Positions 46,992 through 58,320 of a stretch of DNA of 64,000 bases are shown here, one piece after another. The stretch covers positions 256,001 through 320,000 of the forward strand of contig JBIJDH010000003.1 in NCBI GenBank assembly GCA_044344255.1, read 5' to 3'. The stretch's first letter is position 1; each line of letters starts with the position of its first letter. The position numbers and the translations under genes were made by a program. The notes under the pieces are model-generated. The model was not told the origin of the DNA. It made no database searches and was given only the letters and a program-made list of their open reading frames with translations. The DNA comes from Myxococcota bacterium (lineage in GTDB: Bacteria; Myxococcota_A; UBA796; UBA2385).

Positions 46992-47843
46992 TCAGGCTCG
47001 GTGGGCCCCGCGGAGGTGCAGGCGGGTGAGCGCAGAGGCCACCTTTCCGGCGACCCGGAGGGCGCGCGCGGGCGTGCAGAGGATGGCCTGGTTGAGCTCG
47101 AGCTCCAGGAAGACCACCCCGTGCGTCCGCCCATGGCGCTCCACCGAGTAGGCGAGGCCGTCCCGCGCAGAGTAGGGCTCGTTGAGGGCGGTGGTGAGCC
47201 CCTCGCGGCGGAGCTCAAGGGCGAAGCGCTCGGCGACCGCGTCGTGGTGGGCGTACAGCACACCTGCGTCCATCGTCCGAACGCGGTTGTTCCACACGGG
47301 AGTGAAGGAGTGCAGGCTGAGCAGCAGCACCTCCCGGTCGAGGAGCAGGCGCTCGGTGAGCGTGCGGTCGATCGTCGCATGGTAGGGCTCGTGGAACGTG
47401 CCTCGTCGGCGCTCGCGTTCACGGTCGGCCGCAGGGCCGTTCACCGCGCCCTGGTTGAAGGCGAGCGGCTGGCCCTCGATCTCCGTGCGGATCCAGGTGG
47501 GGTCCGCGGGATCGCGGTTGGGGTCGCAGACGAGGCGGGAGAAGCGCGCCATGACGGCGACGGAGCCAGTGTGCCGCACGATGGCCCGCGTGGCGGTCCG
47601 TGCGCCGATGTCCCAACCCCAATGGGTCTGGAGCCACTCGTGATCGGCCTCGCTGGGCCGCATGGGGGAGGGCACCCGGTTCGATGCGTGCTCCACGGTG
47701 AGCACGAGGGGGCCGCGCGCCGGATACCCGTAGACTTCGGTCGCTTCCTCGATCCGATGGACGACGCCTCCCTTCCCCGTCTCTCCGGCACCCCCCGGCG
47801 CGCCCTGAGCGTCCGGGGGCCCACCTGCCCGCGCCTCTGTCAT
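46992..47843 (-). CDS. N-formylglutamate amidohydrolase family protein
   Basis: 'LTVEHASNRVP', 'HWGWDIGA', 'SRLVCDPNR', 'LHSFTP', 'NEPYS'. Confidence 0.9.
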   Translation of the reverse strand: MTEARAGGPPDAQGAPGGAGETGKGGVVHRIEEATEVYGYPARGPLVLTVEHASNRVPSPMRPSEADHEWLQTHWGWDIGARTATRAIVRHTGSVAVMARFSRLVCDPNRDPADPTWIRTEIEGQPLAFNQGAVNGPAADRERERRRGTFHEPYHATIDRTLTERLLLDREVLLLSLHSFTPVWNNRVRTMDAGVLYAHHDAVAERFALELRREGLTTALNEPYSARDGLAYSVERHGRTHGVVFLELELNQAILCTPARALRVAGKVASALTRLHLRGAHRA

Positions 47844-47872
47844 GGAGCCCTCCCAGCGGGGCGGCTACTATC

Positions 47873-48853
47873 GTGTCTCTCCTCGGAGGTCCGCCCTTGC
47901 GCCTGGCTCCCCCGCCGCCGTCCACCTTGCGCCGCTCGTACCCCTCCCGCGGGGCGCTGTGGGCGGCCTCGGGCTTGCTGACGCTCTGGATAATCGGCTG
48001 TGACCAAGGGTTATCTCCCGAGGCGATCGACGCGCGCGCAGGCCTCGAGGCCGCCCTGCGCACCCGGGATCCGATGGCGGTCTCCACCGCGGCCCGCGCC
48101 GCCTCGGCCTGGCAGGGGAGGGACCCCGCCCTCGATCGCCTGCTGGGGGAGGCCCTCGCCAACGTGCTGATGAAGCCCGATCTGGGCCTCCCGCTGCTCG
48201 AGTCGGCCCCGGCCCCTTCGGATCCGGCCTGGGTGGAGGCCACCCTCTCGGCGGCCCTCCGCACGGGCTCTGTGCGAGAGATGACCCGCCTGATGCGCGC
48301 CTTCCCGGTGGCCCCTGTCGACCTCGAGAGCCCGGTGACCGACCAGGTGGTCGCCCGCGCGCTGCGGGACCCCGCCGTCGGCTGGTCGGCCCTCGGCGTC
48401 GCGGTGGGGGACTGCGCGCTCCTCGATCAGCAGCCCCAACGCGGCCGGCAGCCCATCGACGAGCCCGCCTCCGACGCGCTCCTCGCAGGCGCCCGCGCGC
48501 TCGGCGCCGCCCGGGTCATCGTCGGGAGGGCCGAGCGGCGCACCGATCCGGACCCCTTGAGCGGCCGCGGCGACCTCTCCTGCCGGACCGGTCGTGTGTT
48601 CGCGGGCGCGAGGGCCCTGCCGACGCCGCTCCCGCGGGACCTCGTGCTCGCCGCCGAGGACGAGGGGGGGGTCGTCTTTCTCAACCTGAAGGAGGGTGAA
48701 GACGGCTTCGCGCGCGCCTTCGGCACCAACGACGTGGAGGCCGCCGAGCGCTGGCTGGCGGCGGCAGACGCGTGGACCGCGGGCGGGGACGCGCTGGTGA
48801 TCGAGCGCCTCGGCCTCGGGCTGCTCCAGCCACGCGCCGAGGCGCCGCGATGA
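47873..48853 (+). CDS. Hypothetical (lipo)protein
   Basis: Lipobox-like 'IIGC'; first gene of an overlap-coupled run; start uncertain. Confidence 0.45.
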   Translation: MSLLGGPPLRLAPPPPSTLRRSYPSRGALWAASGLLTLWIIGCDQGLSPEAIDARAGLEAALRTRDPMAVSTAARAASAWQGRDPALDRLLGEALANVLMKPDLGLPLLESAPAPSDPAWVEATLSAALRTGSVREMTRLMRAFPVAPVDLESPVTDQVVARALRDPAVGWSALGVAVGDCALLDQQPQRGRQPIDEPASDALLAGARALGAARVIVGRAERRTDPDPLSGRGDLSCRTGRVFAGARALPTPLPRDLVLAAEDEGGVVFLNLKEGEDGFARAFGTNDVEAAERWLAAADAWTAGGDALVIERLGLGLLQPRAEAPR

Positions 48854-49476
48854 GCGCCCCCGCCGCGCCGGAGCCCCGGCGGCGCCCACGCCTCTCGCAC
48901 TCGACCCTGCTCGTCGGCCTCACGCCCTTCGTCCCGCTCCCCGTGTTGGATGGCGTCATCAAGCGGCACCTCCTGCGGCGGAGCTGGCGCGAGCTCGCCC
49001 TCCTCCACGGGGTCTCGGTAGAAGAGGCTACGCTCGTCGCCCTGACCCGCGACAAGCGAAGCTTCCTGCTCGGCTGTCTGGGCGCCGTGCTCTGGTGGCC
49101 GCTGAAGAAGATCTTCAAGTCGGTCTTCTTTGTGCTGCAGCTCAAGGAGTGTGTTGATGAGGCCTCCGAGGCCTCCGTTCGCAGCCTGCTGGTGCGAACG
49201 GCGCTTCAACGCGGCCACCTCCCCGCCCAGGCCGAGGCCGTGCGCGAGGCGATGGACGCCGCCTGGGAGCGGCGGGGCGGCTCCCCGGTCACGGGCTGGC
49301 TGCGCAAGCGGCCGGCGGTCTCTGCGGAGCTGCTCGGCGTCGAGGTCACCTCGATGGTCGTCGAGCTGATGCGCCACGCCGCGGTCGCCGACGTGGTGGG
49401 CGACTTCATCGAGCGCCTCGAGGCCCTGCCCCAGCCCTCGGGCGCCCCCGTCGCGGTCGTCGAGCCGGCACCGTGA
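48850..49476 (+). CDS. Hypothetical protein
   Basis: ATGA and GTGA overlaps with both neighbours; 'PFVPLPVLD' motif. Confidence 0.5.
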   Translation: MSAPAAPEPRRRPRLSHSTLLVGLTPFVPLPVLDGVIKRHLLRRSWRELALLHGVSVEEATLVALTRDKRSFLLGCLGAVLWWPLKKIFKSVFFVLQLKECVDEASEASVRSLLVRTALQRGHLPAQAEAVREAMDAAWERRGGSPVTGWLRKRPAVSAELLGVEVTSMVVELMRHAAVADVVGDFIERLEALPQPSGAPVAVVEPAP

Positions 49477-50360
49477 GCCTGCTCCCGGCGGTTGATCCCG
49501 CCCTCTACACCGTCGACCGCGGCCCCGCCGACGCGCCGGTGCGCCTCCGCTACAAGGGCGTCGCAGGCTTCATCCTCGAGCACGCCCAACACCGCTTGGT
49601 GCTTGATCCTTTCGTCTCCCGAACCTCGCCGTGGGTCACGCTGACCCGACCGCTCCGGCCCGATCTCCCTCTGATCGAGCGGCACTTCCCCCTCGCGGAC
49701 GACGTGCTGGTCGGCCACGCCCACTTCGATCACATGCTCGATGCCCCGGCGCTCTGCGCCCGCACCGGCGCCCGGCTCATCGGCTCCCCCGACGTCTGCA
49801 ACGTCGGCCGCGCTGCGGGCCTCCCCGAGGCCCAGCTCCGCGAGACGCGGGGTCGGGAGGTCATCGAGAGCGGCCCGGCGCGGATCATCGGCCTGCCCTC
49901 ACTGCACGGGCGCATCTACCTCGGCCGCGTCAGCTTCCCGGGGCGCATCCTGGCGCCCCCTCCCTGGCCGCCGCGTCTGCACCAGCTCCGACACGGCCTC
50001 GTATTGAACTGGTGGATCGAGGTCGGTGGCGTGCGGATCCTCCACATCGACAGCGCCGACTTTCTCCCGGACGAGCTCCGCGGCCTGGAGGTCGATCTGG
50101 TCTGCCTCTGCGCCATCGGCCGGGCTTGGCGGCGCCGATACGTCGAAGAGGTGGTCGAGCTCGTCCGACCGAAGGCGATCCTCGCCTGCCACTGGGACTG
50201 GTTCTTCAGCCCCTACGACGCCCCGGTGCGGGCGCTGCCCTTCGTGGATCTCCCGGGCTTCCTCGCGGAGATTCGGGCGGTGGGCGTCGAAGCACTGCTG
50301 CTCCCGCCGGACGGTGAGCTCGGCCTCGGCGCCCCCCGTGGCCCGGCGGCCCCTGCTTAG
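49473..50360 (+). CDS. MBL-fold metallo-hydrolase
   Basis: 'LVLDPFVSR', 'GHAHFDHMLD', 'ACHWD'. Confidence 0.88.
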   Translation: MSLLPAVDPALYTVDRGPADAPVRLRYKGVAGFILEHAQHRLVLDPFVSRTSPWVTLTRPLRPDLPLIERHFPLADDVLVGHAHFDHMLDAPALCARTGARLIGSPDVCNVGRAAGLPEAQLRETRGREVIESGPARIIGLPSLHGRIYLGRVSFPGRILAPPPWPPRLHQLRHGLVLNWWIEVGGVRILHIDSADFLPDELRGLEVDLVCLCAIGRAWRRRYVEEVVELVRPKAILACHWDWFFSPYDAPVRALPFVDLPGFLAEIRAVGVEALLLPPDGELGLGAPRGPAAPA

Positions 50361-51808
50361 AGGTGCGTCCGCCCGTCGATGACCTCGACCTTCATCATGT
50401 TGGTGGCGCCGCGCATGGGGACCCTCCCGGCCAGGACCACCACCTCTTGACCATCCTGCACGTAGCCGCCGTCGAGGAGGGCGCGCTCGCCCGCGGCGAT
50501 GAGGTCGTCGGTGCGGGCGATGAGGGGGATCATCACGGCGGTCACGCCCCAGACGAGGCTCAGCCGGTCGCAGACCGTCTGGCTGTGGGTGATCGCGAAG
50601 ATGCCTGTCTTTGGGCGGCTCTTGCTCGCCTTCAGCGCGGTGCTCCCCGACCAGGTGAACACCATCAACGGCCGCGGCGTCTCCCGGACGGCGTAGCAGG
50701 CGGCCCGCAGGACCGTGCTCTCGGGGGTGTTGAAGGAGGGGAGGGTGCTGAGGTCCGGCGGGCGGTACCAGCGGCTCGACTCCACCTCGCGGGCGATGCG
50801 GTCCATCGCGCCCACGCTCTCGAGCGGGTAGCTCCCGTTCGCGGTCTCGCCGGACAGCATGACCGCGTCGGTGCCGTCGAGGATGGCGTTGGCGACGTCG
50901 GTGATCTCGGCGCGGGTCGGGCGCGGGTTGCGCTCCATGCTGTCGAGCATCTGGGTCGCGGTGATGACGAGGGCGCCAGCGTGGTTCGCCGCGGCGATGA
51001 GCTCCTTCTGGACGACCGGCACCTCTTCGAAGGGGATCTCCACCCCGAGGTCGCCGCGGGCCACCATGATGCCTTGAACGACCTCGAGGATGGTCACGAT
51101 GTTCGAGACGCCCTGCGGCTTCTCGATCTTGGCGATCACCGGCATGTCGGCCTGGCCGAGGCGGACGAGCTCTGCGCGGAGCACGGCCACGTCTGCGGTG
51201 CTGCGTACGAAGGAGAGGGCCACGTAGTCGACCCCCGCCGCCACACCGACGGCGAGATCACCGAAGTCCTTGTCGGTGAGGGAAGGCGCGTTGACCTTGG
51301 TCTTCGGTACGTTGATGCCCTTGTGGGAGCCGAGCTGGCCGCCTGCGGTCATGCGGATGTCGACCTCGGCGGGCCCGGCGCCGGTCGGGCGCACGGCGAC
51401 GACGTCTCCGGCGAGGGCGCCGTCGGCGAAGAGCACGGGCTCGCCCGGCAGGACGTCGTTGGCCATCTCGGGCCAGGTGGTGCCGACCCGCGTCCCGACC
51501 GCCTTGAAGTCGGGGTCCATCACCACGGTGAGGATGTCGTCCTTCACGAGGGTGACCGGCGGCTTGCACTCGCCGGTGCGGATCTTTGGACCTTGAAGAT
51601 CCAGGAGAATCGCTACATTTCGACCAAGATCAGTCGCCGCGCGTCGAATGCGGGCCACATCCGCTCGGATCACGTCGTGGCTGGCGTGTGAGCAGTTTAT
51701 GCGGCACACATCGACCCCCGCGCTCAAGAGGGCGCGAAGGACCTGGGGATCTCGGCTGGAGGGGCCGATGGTGGCGACGATTCGAGTGCGGCGGGGTGTG
51801 GTGCTCAT
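50357..51808 (-). CDS. pyk: Pyruvate kinase
   Basis: 'RRTRIVATIGPSS', 'DLQGPKIR', 'IAKIEK', 'MVARGDLGVE', 'TQMLDSM', 'DAVMLSGETA'. Confidence 0.97.
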   Translation of the reverse strand: MSTTPRRTRIVATIGPSSRDPQVLRALLSAGVDVCRINCSHASHDVIRADVARIRRAATDLGRNVAILLDLQGPKIRTGECKPPVTLVKDDILTVVMDPDFKAVGTRVGTTWPEMANDVLPGEPVLFADGALAGDVVAVRPTGAGPAEVDIRMTAGGQLGSHKGINVPKTKVNAPSLTDKDFGDLAVGVAAGVDYVALSFVRSTADVAVLRAELVRLGQADMPVIAKIEKPQGVSNIVTILEVVQGIMVARGDLGVEIPFEEVPVVQKELIAAANHAGALVITATQMLDSMERNPRPTRAEITDVANAILDGTDAVMLSGETANGSYPLESVGAMDRIAREVESSRWYRPPDLSTLPSFNTPESTVLRAACYAVRETPRPLMVFTWSGSTALKASKSRPKTGIFAITHSQTVCDRLSLVWGVTAVMIPLIARTDDLIAAGERALLDGGYVQDGQEVVVLAGRVPMRGATNMMKVEVIDGRTHL

Positions 51809-51961
51809 GGCGGCCCGCTAACGCGCTGGCCCCGCCTCGGCTGGGCGGGAGCTCACGGGGGCAAGCCCGTTCCACGGGAGGCTCCACGGCCCCATCGGCG
51901 CAGTCGCCGCGATCGGGGGGCGATCGGGGATGCCGATCCAACCGATCGAAGCGGATCTTCG

Positions 51962-52005
51962 CATTCGTGGAACACCTCGTTTCCACGAATGATTGACACG
52001 TCAAT
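51962..52005. promoter_or_regulatory. Adjacent inverted repeats in the divergent pyk / HTH intergenic region
   Basis: CATTCGTGGAA-N8-TTCCACGAATG (perfect 11-bp arms, 51962-51991) followed directly by ATTGAC-AC-GTCAAT (51992-52005), which contains TTGACA. Confidence 0.6.
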
Positions 52006-52201
52006 GGAAAGGGAGCATGTTGGTGCCGGGTCGGGGGGGCCGGTTGTGCCTCGCCTTGAACAGCGCAGATCGGCCCCCGGAGCCTCGGCTCCCACACTGA
52101 TCTCCTTAGTTCAGGCTGGAACAACCCTGACAATTCATTTCAATTGATGAACATGCAGTGCCTCCGCGGGCGTCGGTCTCGGGGGAGGTTCGGAGTCTCT
52201 G

Positions 52202-52450
52202 ATGACGGTCTCAGCGCCGCGCAGCCGCGAACGGGTGGCTCGTAATTTCATCAAGTCTTACGGGAGGACGCGCTTCCGGCGCCTCCTCGAGGCCCTCGCG
52301 GCCGGCGAGAGCGGGCAGACCATCGCCAACGAGTTCGGCGTGAGCCGGGAGCGGGTTCGGCAGTGGAAGAACACCTTCGGGGAGGTGATCACGCACTACC
52401 GAGTCTTCCCCGAGGTGGATCGCATCCTCCGTGAGCGGCGCACCGCCTGA
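52202..52450 (+). CDS. Small HTH protein resembling sigma70 region 4.2
   Basis: 'GESGQTIANEFGVSRERVRQW'; GGAGG upstream. Confidence 0.75.
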   Translation: MTVSAPRSRERVARNFIKSYGRTRFRRLLEALAAGESGQTIANEFGVSRERVRQWKNTFGEVITHYRVFPEVDRILRERRTA

Positions 52451-52509
52451 GGGCAGGGCGGGCCGCCGGGTTGGCCTGTCGAAGCGATCAACCTCCTCGG
52501 GGAGCGCCG

Positions 52510-52974
52510 ATGTCGGACCGCGACCGACGGATGTCGATCATCCGCCGCCTGCTGCAGGATCACGAGGTGGGGAGCCAGGAGCAGCTCGCCGAGCTCTTGC
52601 TCGCCGAGGGGGTCCGCTGCACCCAGGCCACGCTCTCTCGCGACCTGCGCGACCTCGGGGTGAGCCGCGTCGCCAGCCCGGAGGGCCCCCGGTACCAGCT
52701 CGACCCGCGCAACCGCTACCTCTCCGCGCTCCGCAAGGTCGTGGGGATGGAGATCCAGCGCGTCCGCTCGAACGGCGTGATGATCGTGGTGCGCACCCTG
52801 ACCGGGCGTGCGGAGGGGGTCGCCGGCTTCCTCGACGCCTGGGGTGACGACCACATCCTCGGCACCGTGGCGGGCGATGACACCGTGCTTGTCGTCCCCA
52901 CCGACATCAACGTCTGCGATGAGCTGGTGGCGCGGATCACCGCGCTGATGGAAGGGGATGGCGAGGCCCACTGA
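52510..52974 (+). CDS. argR: Arginine repressor
   Basis: 'SQEQLAELL...TQATLSRDLRDLG' and 'ILGTVAGDDTVLV'. Confidence 0.93.
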   Translation: MSDRDRRMSIIRRLLQDHEVGSQEQLAELLLAEGVRCTQATLSRDLRDLGVSRVASPEGPRYQLDPRNRYLSALRKVVGMEIQRVRSNGVMIVVRTLTGRAEGVAGFLDAWGDDHILGTVAGDDTVLVVPTDINVCDELVARITALMEGDGEAH

Positions 52975-54703
52975 GGGACCTGCGGCCACCACCGGCCGGC
53001 CCGCGGTCGGGCCGCGCCTCGAGCCTTCGGTCGCCGTCGCAGCGGGGGTCCTCTGCGGGATCGTGGTGGTCGGCCTCTGCTGGCCGATGCCCCTCCACCC
53101 GGCCACCTCCCACCTGCTCACCGCCTTCGGCGACTCCCACGTCTGGGTCTTCGATCAGCTCGTGCAGCAGCTGCTCGACGGCGAGCTGTCCGAGCGCGCC
53201 TGCGCGGCCGGCTACCCCACCGCGCGGACGATGCGGGCGATCGGCCTCGCCCCGCTGCTGGTCTTCGCGCCGCTCCGCGCCCTCGTCGGCGCGCTTGCGG
53301 CGGCGAACCTCGTGCAGATGCTGGCCTTGCCCCTCTCCGCCGCTTTGGCCGCCGTCTGGATCCGACGGGTGACGGGGGCCCCGCCGGGCGTCTCCGCCCT
53401 CCTCGGCGCCGCCTGGGGGCTCAGCCCGACCCTGCTCGGCACCTTCGCCACGCTCGAGATCTCCAACACCCAGGCCTGGCTCCTGCCCGCCCTGCTGCTG
53501 GCCCTGGAGGCCGCCTGGACGAGCCGCGGCGCCGTGGTGCTGGTGCCGCTCCTCGGCGCGCTCACCGCCTTCACCAGCCCCTACTACGCCCTCGCGCTTC
53601 CCTTCCTGTACGCGGGGGCCGCGGTCGGGGCGCTGCGAGAGGGGGGCCGTGTGGTCCTCCCCCGCGTCCTCATCGTGGGCCTCCTGCTAGCCGCCTCGCT
53701 GGCCCTGGCCCGCGGGTGGTACGCCCCCGGTGTCTCGGGCGGCGGCGACAGCATCTTCTCTCCCGCCCAGCGCGCCCCGACGCGCCTCGGCCCGCTGCCG
53801 GTGCCCGCCCCGGTCGCCTCCCTCGACAGCCTCCTCTTTGGCGGCGGGCCCGCGGCGGGCAGCGTCTACGAGACGGTCCACCACAGCTACCTCGGGCTCC
53901 TGCTCGTGCTCGCGGGCCTCGCGGGGGCCCGCTTCGGTCGCGGGCCCGGCCGGGGGCTCGGCTTCGCCCTCACCGTCGGCGGGGCGCTGTTGGCGATGGG
54001 GCCGCTCCTCGCGCTCCAGGGCCGCTACGTGAGCGTCGCCGGGCGGCCTTTGGCGCTGCCCGTCTACCTGCTCGAGGCGCTGCAGTACCCCACCGTCCAC
54101 GGCGGGCTCTACTACCGCTACGCCGTGCTGGCCTCGCTCGGCCTCTGCCTGCAGGCGGCGCGGCTCTTCGCGGCCCTGCCCCGCTCGGCGCTGTGGGCGG
54201 GCCTGTTCGCGCTCCTCCAGGTCGGGGACGCCCTCCGCGCCACCGGCCCGCGCTGGCCCCGCCCCTCCGAGGAGGTCCCCGATCTCGCGCTCCTCGAGCG
54301 GCTCGCCGACGACCCGGCCAGCGAGGGGGACGACGGCGCCGTGCTCGAGCTGCCGCTCCCGGGGCCGACCGACGGTCAGCTCGGCCAGGCCGGGCTCCTG
54401 CGAGCGGTGATCCTCCGCCGCCCCACCACGGCCCTCCCCCGCGCGGTGCTCCAGCGCGCCCACCCGCTCCAGGCCGCGCTCGACGCCGCCGTCGGGGCTG
54501 CAGATCCGACGGACGCCGCCGCCCCGCTCCGGGCCCTTGGCTTCCGCTTCGTGGTGCTGCCCGCCGAGCTCCGCGCCTACACGCACCCCGGCGAGGCGGC
54601 CCTGCGCCGCGGCCTCGGCCCGCCCACCCACGAAGGGGCCCTGCTGCTCTGGGATCTCGGGCCAGCGACCGCTCATTGCGAGGAGCGCTCCGGCGCGTGG
54701 TGA
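52958..54703 (+). CDS. Polytopic membrane protein (YfhO/GT-C-like)
   Basis: Many TMs; 'SPYY', 'SYLG', 'LAMGP', 'GAVLELP', 'LGFRFVVL'. Confidence 0.5.
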   Translation: MARPTEGPAATTGRPAVGPRLEPSVAVAAGVLCGIVVVGLCWPMPLHPATSHLLTAFGDSHVWVFDQLVQQLLDGELSERACAAGYPTARTMRAIGLAPLLVFAPLRALVGALAAANLVQMLALPLSAALAAVWIRRVTGAPPGVSALLGAAWGLSPTLLGTFATLEISNTQAWLLPALLLALEAAWTSRGAVVLVPLLGALTAFTSPYYALALPFLYAGAAVGALREGGRVVLPRVLIVGLLLAASLALARGWYAPGVSGGGDSIFSPAQRAPTRLGPLPVPAPVASLDSLLFGGGPAAGSVYETVHHSYLGLLLVLAGLAGARFGRGPGRGLGFALTVGGALLAMGPLLALQGRYVSVAGRPLALPVYLLEALQYPTVHGGLYYRYAVLASLGLCLQAARLFAALPRSALWAGLFALLQVGDALRATGPRWPRPSEEVPDLALLERLADDPASEGDDGAVLELPLPGPTDGQLGQAGLLRAVILRRPTTALPRAVLQRAHPLQAALDAAVGAADPTDAAAPLRALGFRFVVLPAELRAYTHPGEAALRRGLGPPTHEGALLLWDLGPATAHCEERSGAW

Positions 54704-54733
54704 CCCCCCCGCGCTCCCGGTTATGCGGCGCGG

Positions 54734-55905
54734 ATGCCACGCATCAACCCCCTCGTCACCTCACTCGCCACCTACCCCATCGTCGAGATTGAGCGCCGGA
54801 AGGCAGAGCTCATCCGCGCAGGGAGGCGGGTCTACGACTTCGGCACGGGTGACCCGGTCGAGCCCACCCCCGACTTCGTCCGGCAGGCCATGCTCGACGC
54901 GGTGCCGGCCTCCTGCCCCTACCCCTCGGTGTCGGGCAAGAAGGACGTGCGGGAGGCCATCGCGAAGTACCTGCTGACCCGCTTCGGGGTGACGCTCGAT
55001 CCGGAGACGCAGATCATCCCCACCTCGGGGAGCAAGGAGGCGGTCTTTCACACCCCCCAGCTCGTGATCGACCCCAACGCAGACGACAAGCTCGTGGTCT
55101 TCCCAGACCCCGGCTACCCCGCCTACCAGCGGGGGGCGCTGTTCGCCTACGGGGAGGCGTACCCCGTGATCCTCGACGGCGACCACATCTTCCGCCCGTG
55201 GCTCCTGCCGCCGGAGGTGCTTCGGCGCACCCGGATGATGTGGATCAACAGCCCGCACAATCCTTCGGGCGCGATCACGCCCCTCGAAGACCTGCAGCGC
55301 ACGGCCGATCTCTGCCGCGAGTACGACATCCTGCTCGTCTCCGACGAGACCTATGCCGACATCTACCAGGACACCGTTCCCCACTCGATCCTGGAGTGCG
55401 GCTTCGAGAACGTGCTCGCGCTCCACTCCCTGTCCAAGCGCTCGGGCATGACCGGTTACCGCTCGGGCTTCCTCGCAGGCGACGCCAACATCGTCAAGCA
55501 GCTCAAGGGGCTGCGCGCGAACCCCGGCCTCGTCCCTCAGGACTTCGTCAACACCGCCGCGGCGGTCGCCTGGGCCGACGACGCCCACGTCGCCGAGCGC
55601 CGCGCGATCTTCGCCGCCAAGAAGAAGGTCCTGATGGACTTCTTCAACGAGGTGGGCATCGAAGTGGTGGCCAGTGAGGCCACGATCTACCTCTGGCTCA
55701 AGACCCCCGCCGGCTTCACCGACGAGCAGTACGCGCTCAAGCTGCTCGAGGCGGGCATCGTCTCTACCCCCGGGCCCCTGTTCGCGGTCGGCGGCGGTGG
55801 GGTGGGCTACATCCGCCTCGCGCTGGTGCCCTCTGTGGAGGCCTGCCGGGAGGCCACGGTGGCCTGGCGGTCCGCCCTCTCAGGCGCCGGCCACCAGGAG
55901 AGGGG

Positions 55906-55909
<4 letters not shown>
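54734..55909 (+). CDS. dapC: Class I/II PLP aminotransferase, probable succinyldiaminopimelate transaminase
   Basis: 'GSKEAVF', 'NSPHNPSG', 'SDETY', 'HSLSKRSGMTGYRSGF'; coupled to dapD. Confidence 0.85.
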
Positions 55910-56712
<803 letters not shown>

Positions 56713-56718
56713 GCCCGG

Positions 56719-58320
56719 ATGCGCCGCTCCTTCGCCACCCACCCCCGCCTCGCCCTCGCGCTGGTGGCGGCGTTGGTGGCTGCGCTGCTGGCCTCCTCGC
56801 TGCCCGTGCTCGACGAAGAGAGCTACCTCGCGATCGCAGCCCAGCTCGAGCCGGCCCGCCCCTACGACTGGTGGCGGCCCTGGCCCCCCTGGGGGGGTGC
56901 GCGGGAGGCCGACGCCTTCGTCTATGCCCACCCGCCCTTGTTCTTGTGGTGGGTGTGGCTCTGGGGCGGCTCGGCCTCCTTCGCCCCCGCGGCGGTGAAG
57001 GCGATGAAGGTGGCCGCTGCCTTGCCCTGGGCGGCGCTCCTCGGCTGGTCGGTGGGGCGCCTCGCCGAGCGATACACCCGGCACCCCTGGCTGGCCGTGG
57101 CCACCTGGATGATGAGCCCGATCGTGGTGCTCGGCCTCCAACGCGGGCTGATGCCGGACCTGATGGTCACGGCGCTCCAGACCTTCGCCCTCGTCGCCTG
57201 GCTCGAGGGCCTGCCGCGGGAGGGTGGGCTCCGCCAGCGGTGGATGATCATGGGCGGCCTCGCCCTCGGCGGCGCCGTGCTCACCAAGTACCCGGCCGCG
57301 CTCCTGGCGCCGCTGCTGCTCCTGCATGGGCTGGGGGCGCGGCGCCTTCGGGGGAGCGGCCTGTTCTGGCTCTGCGCCCTCGGGTTGGTGGGCGGGGTCG
57401 AGGCCTGGCTGGCCCTCCAGTACGGGCGCATCCACCTCGTTGAGGTCTTGACGCGCGCTGGGGAGATCCCACGCGGCGCCCTCGCCGGGCGCGGCCTCGG
57501 CACCCTCGTGCGCCTCTCCCTCGCCTTGAGCCCCCTCCCGCTGCTCGCCCGCGGGCACGCCACCGGCTGGTTCGTGGCCGCCCTCGTCGCCGCCCCGCTG
57601 GCCGCGGCGGTGGTTCCCGACGGAACTGGCGTGGAGGCGCAGCTCATCGTGGCCCTGCTCGCCTCGGCCGGTCTCGCCCTGATCGGCCTCTGCCTCGCCG
57701 CGCTGCGGGCTCAGGGCGCCGGGCCCGACCGCGGGCTCGATGAGCGCCTCCTCGCCGCGCACGTCGTCGTGGTGGTGCTGGGCGTGGTGATCGGACACAA
57801 CTTCTCCGCCCCCCGCTACCTCCTCCCGGCGATGGGGAGCCTCGCGGTCCTCGTGGTGCGCCACTTCGAGCGCCGGGCTGACACCCGCACCCTCCTCCAG
57901 GCGGGCCTCGCCCTGCACGGGGCCCTGGCCCTCGGCCTCACGGTCGCCGAGCACCGCTTCGCCGGGGCCGAGTCGGCGGCGGCCCGCGAGCTCGTGCGTC
58001 GGACCCAGGGGCGCTGCCTCGAGCGGCCCTGCCTCTTCAGCGGGGAGTGGACCTTCCGCTACGAGCTCGAGCAGGCCGGGTGGGCCTTCTACACGGGGGA
58101 GGCGCCGAGCGGGGCCCTGGTGATCACGGGCGAGCGCTCCTCCCCCGCGGCGCACCCCGCGGACTGGGTGGAGGTGGACCGGGTGGGGCGCGGCGACTTC
58201 CCCTTGCGGGTGGTCGATCCCGCGCGGGACGTCGGCCTGTACGGCGAGACCACCGGCAGCCTGCCCTTCGCCTTCGGGGAGGGCCCGCTCGAGGAGGCCG
58301 TCTTGTGGCAGGTGCCGTGA
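56719..58320 (+). CDS. Glycosyltransferase family 39 / ArnT-like membrane protein
   Basis: 'LDEESYL', 'HPPL', 'AVLTKY', 'APRYLLP'; many TMs. Confidence 0.7.
   Translation: MRRSFATHPRLALALVAALVAALLASSLPVLDEESYLAIAAQLEPARPYDWWRPWPPWGGAREADAFVYAHPPLFLWWVWLWGGSASFAPAAVKAMKVAAALPWAALLGWSVGRLAERYTRHPWLAVATWMMSPIVVLGLQRGLMPDLMVTALQTFALVAWLEGLPREGGLRQRWMIMGGLALGGAVLTKYPAALLAPLLLLHGLGARRLRGSGLFWLCALGLVGGVEAWLALQYGRIHLVEVLTRAGEIPRGALAGRGLGTLVRLSLALSPLPLLARGHATGWFVAALVAAPLAAAVVPDGTGVEAQLIVALLASAGLALIGLCLAALRAQGAGPDRGLDERLLAAHVVVVVLGVVIGHNFSAPRYLLPAMGSLAVLVVRHFERRADTRTLLQAGLALHGALALGLTVAEHRFAGAESAAARELVRRTQGRCLERPCLFSGEWTFRYELEQAGWAFYTGEAPSGALVITGERSSPAAHPADWVEVDRVGRGDFPLRVVDPARDVGLYGETTGSLPFAFGEGPLEEAVLWQVP

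Noticed and set aside
51909..51959. Cluster of five GATC sites near an AT-richer stretch as a replication origin
   Set aside because: No DnaA boxes or dnaA/parAB context seen, and GATC is frequent throughout the window.
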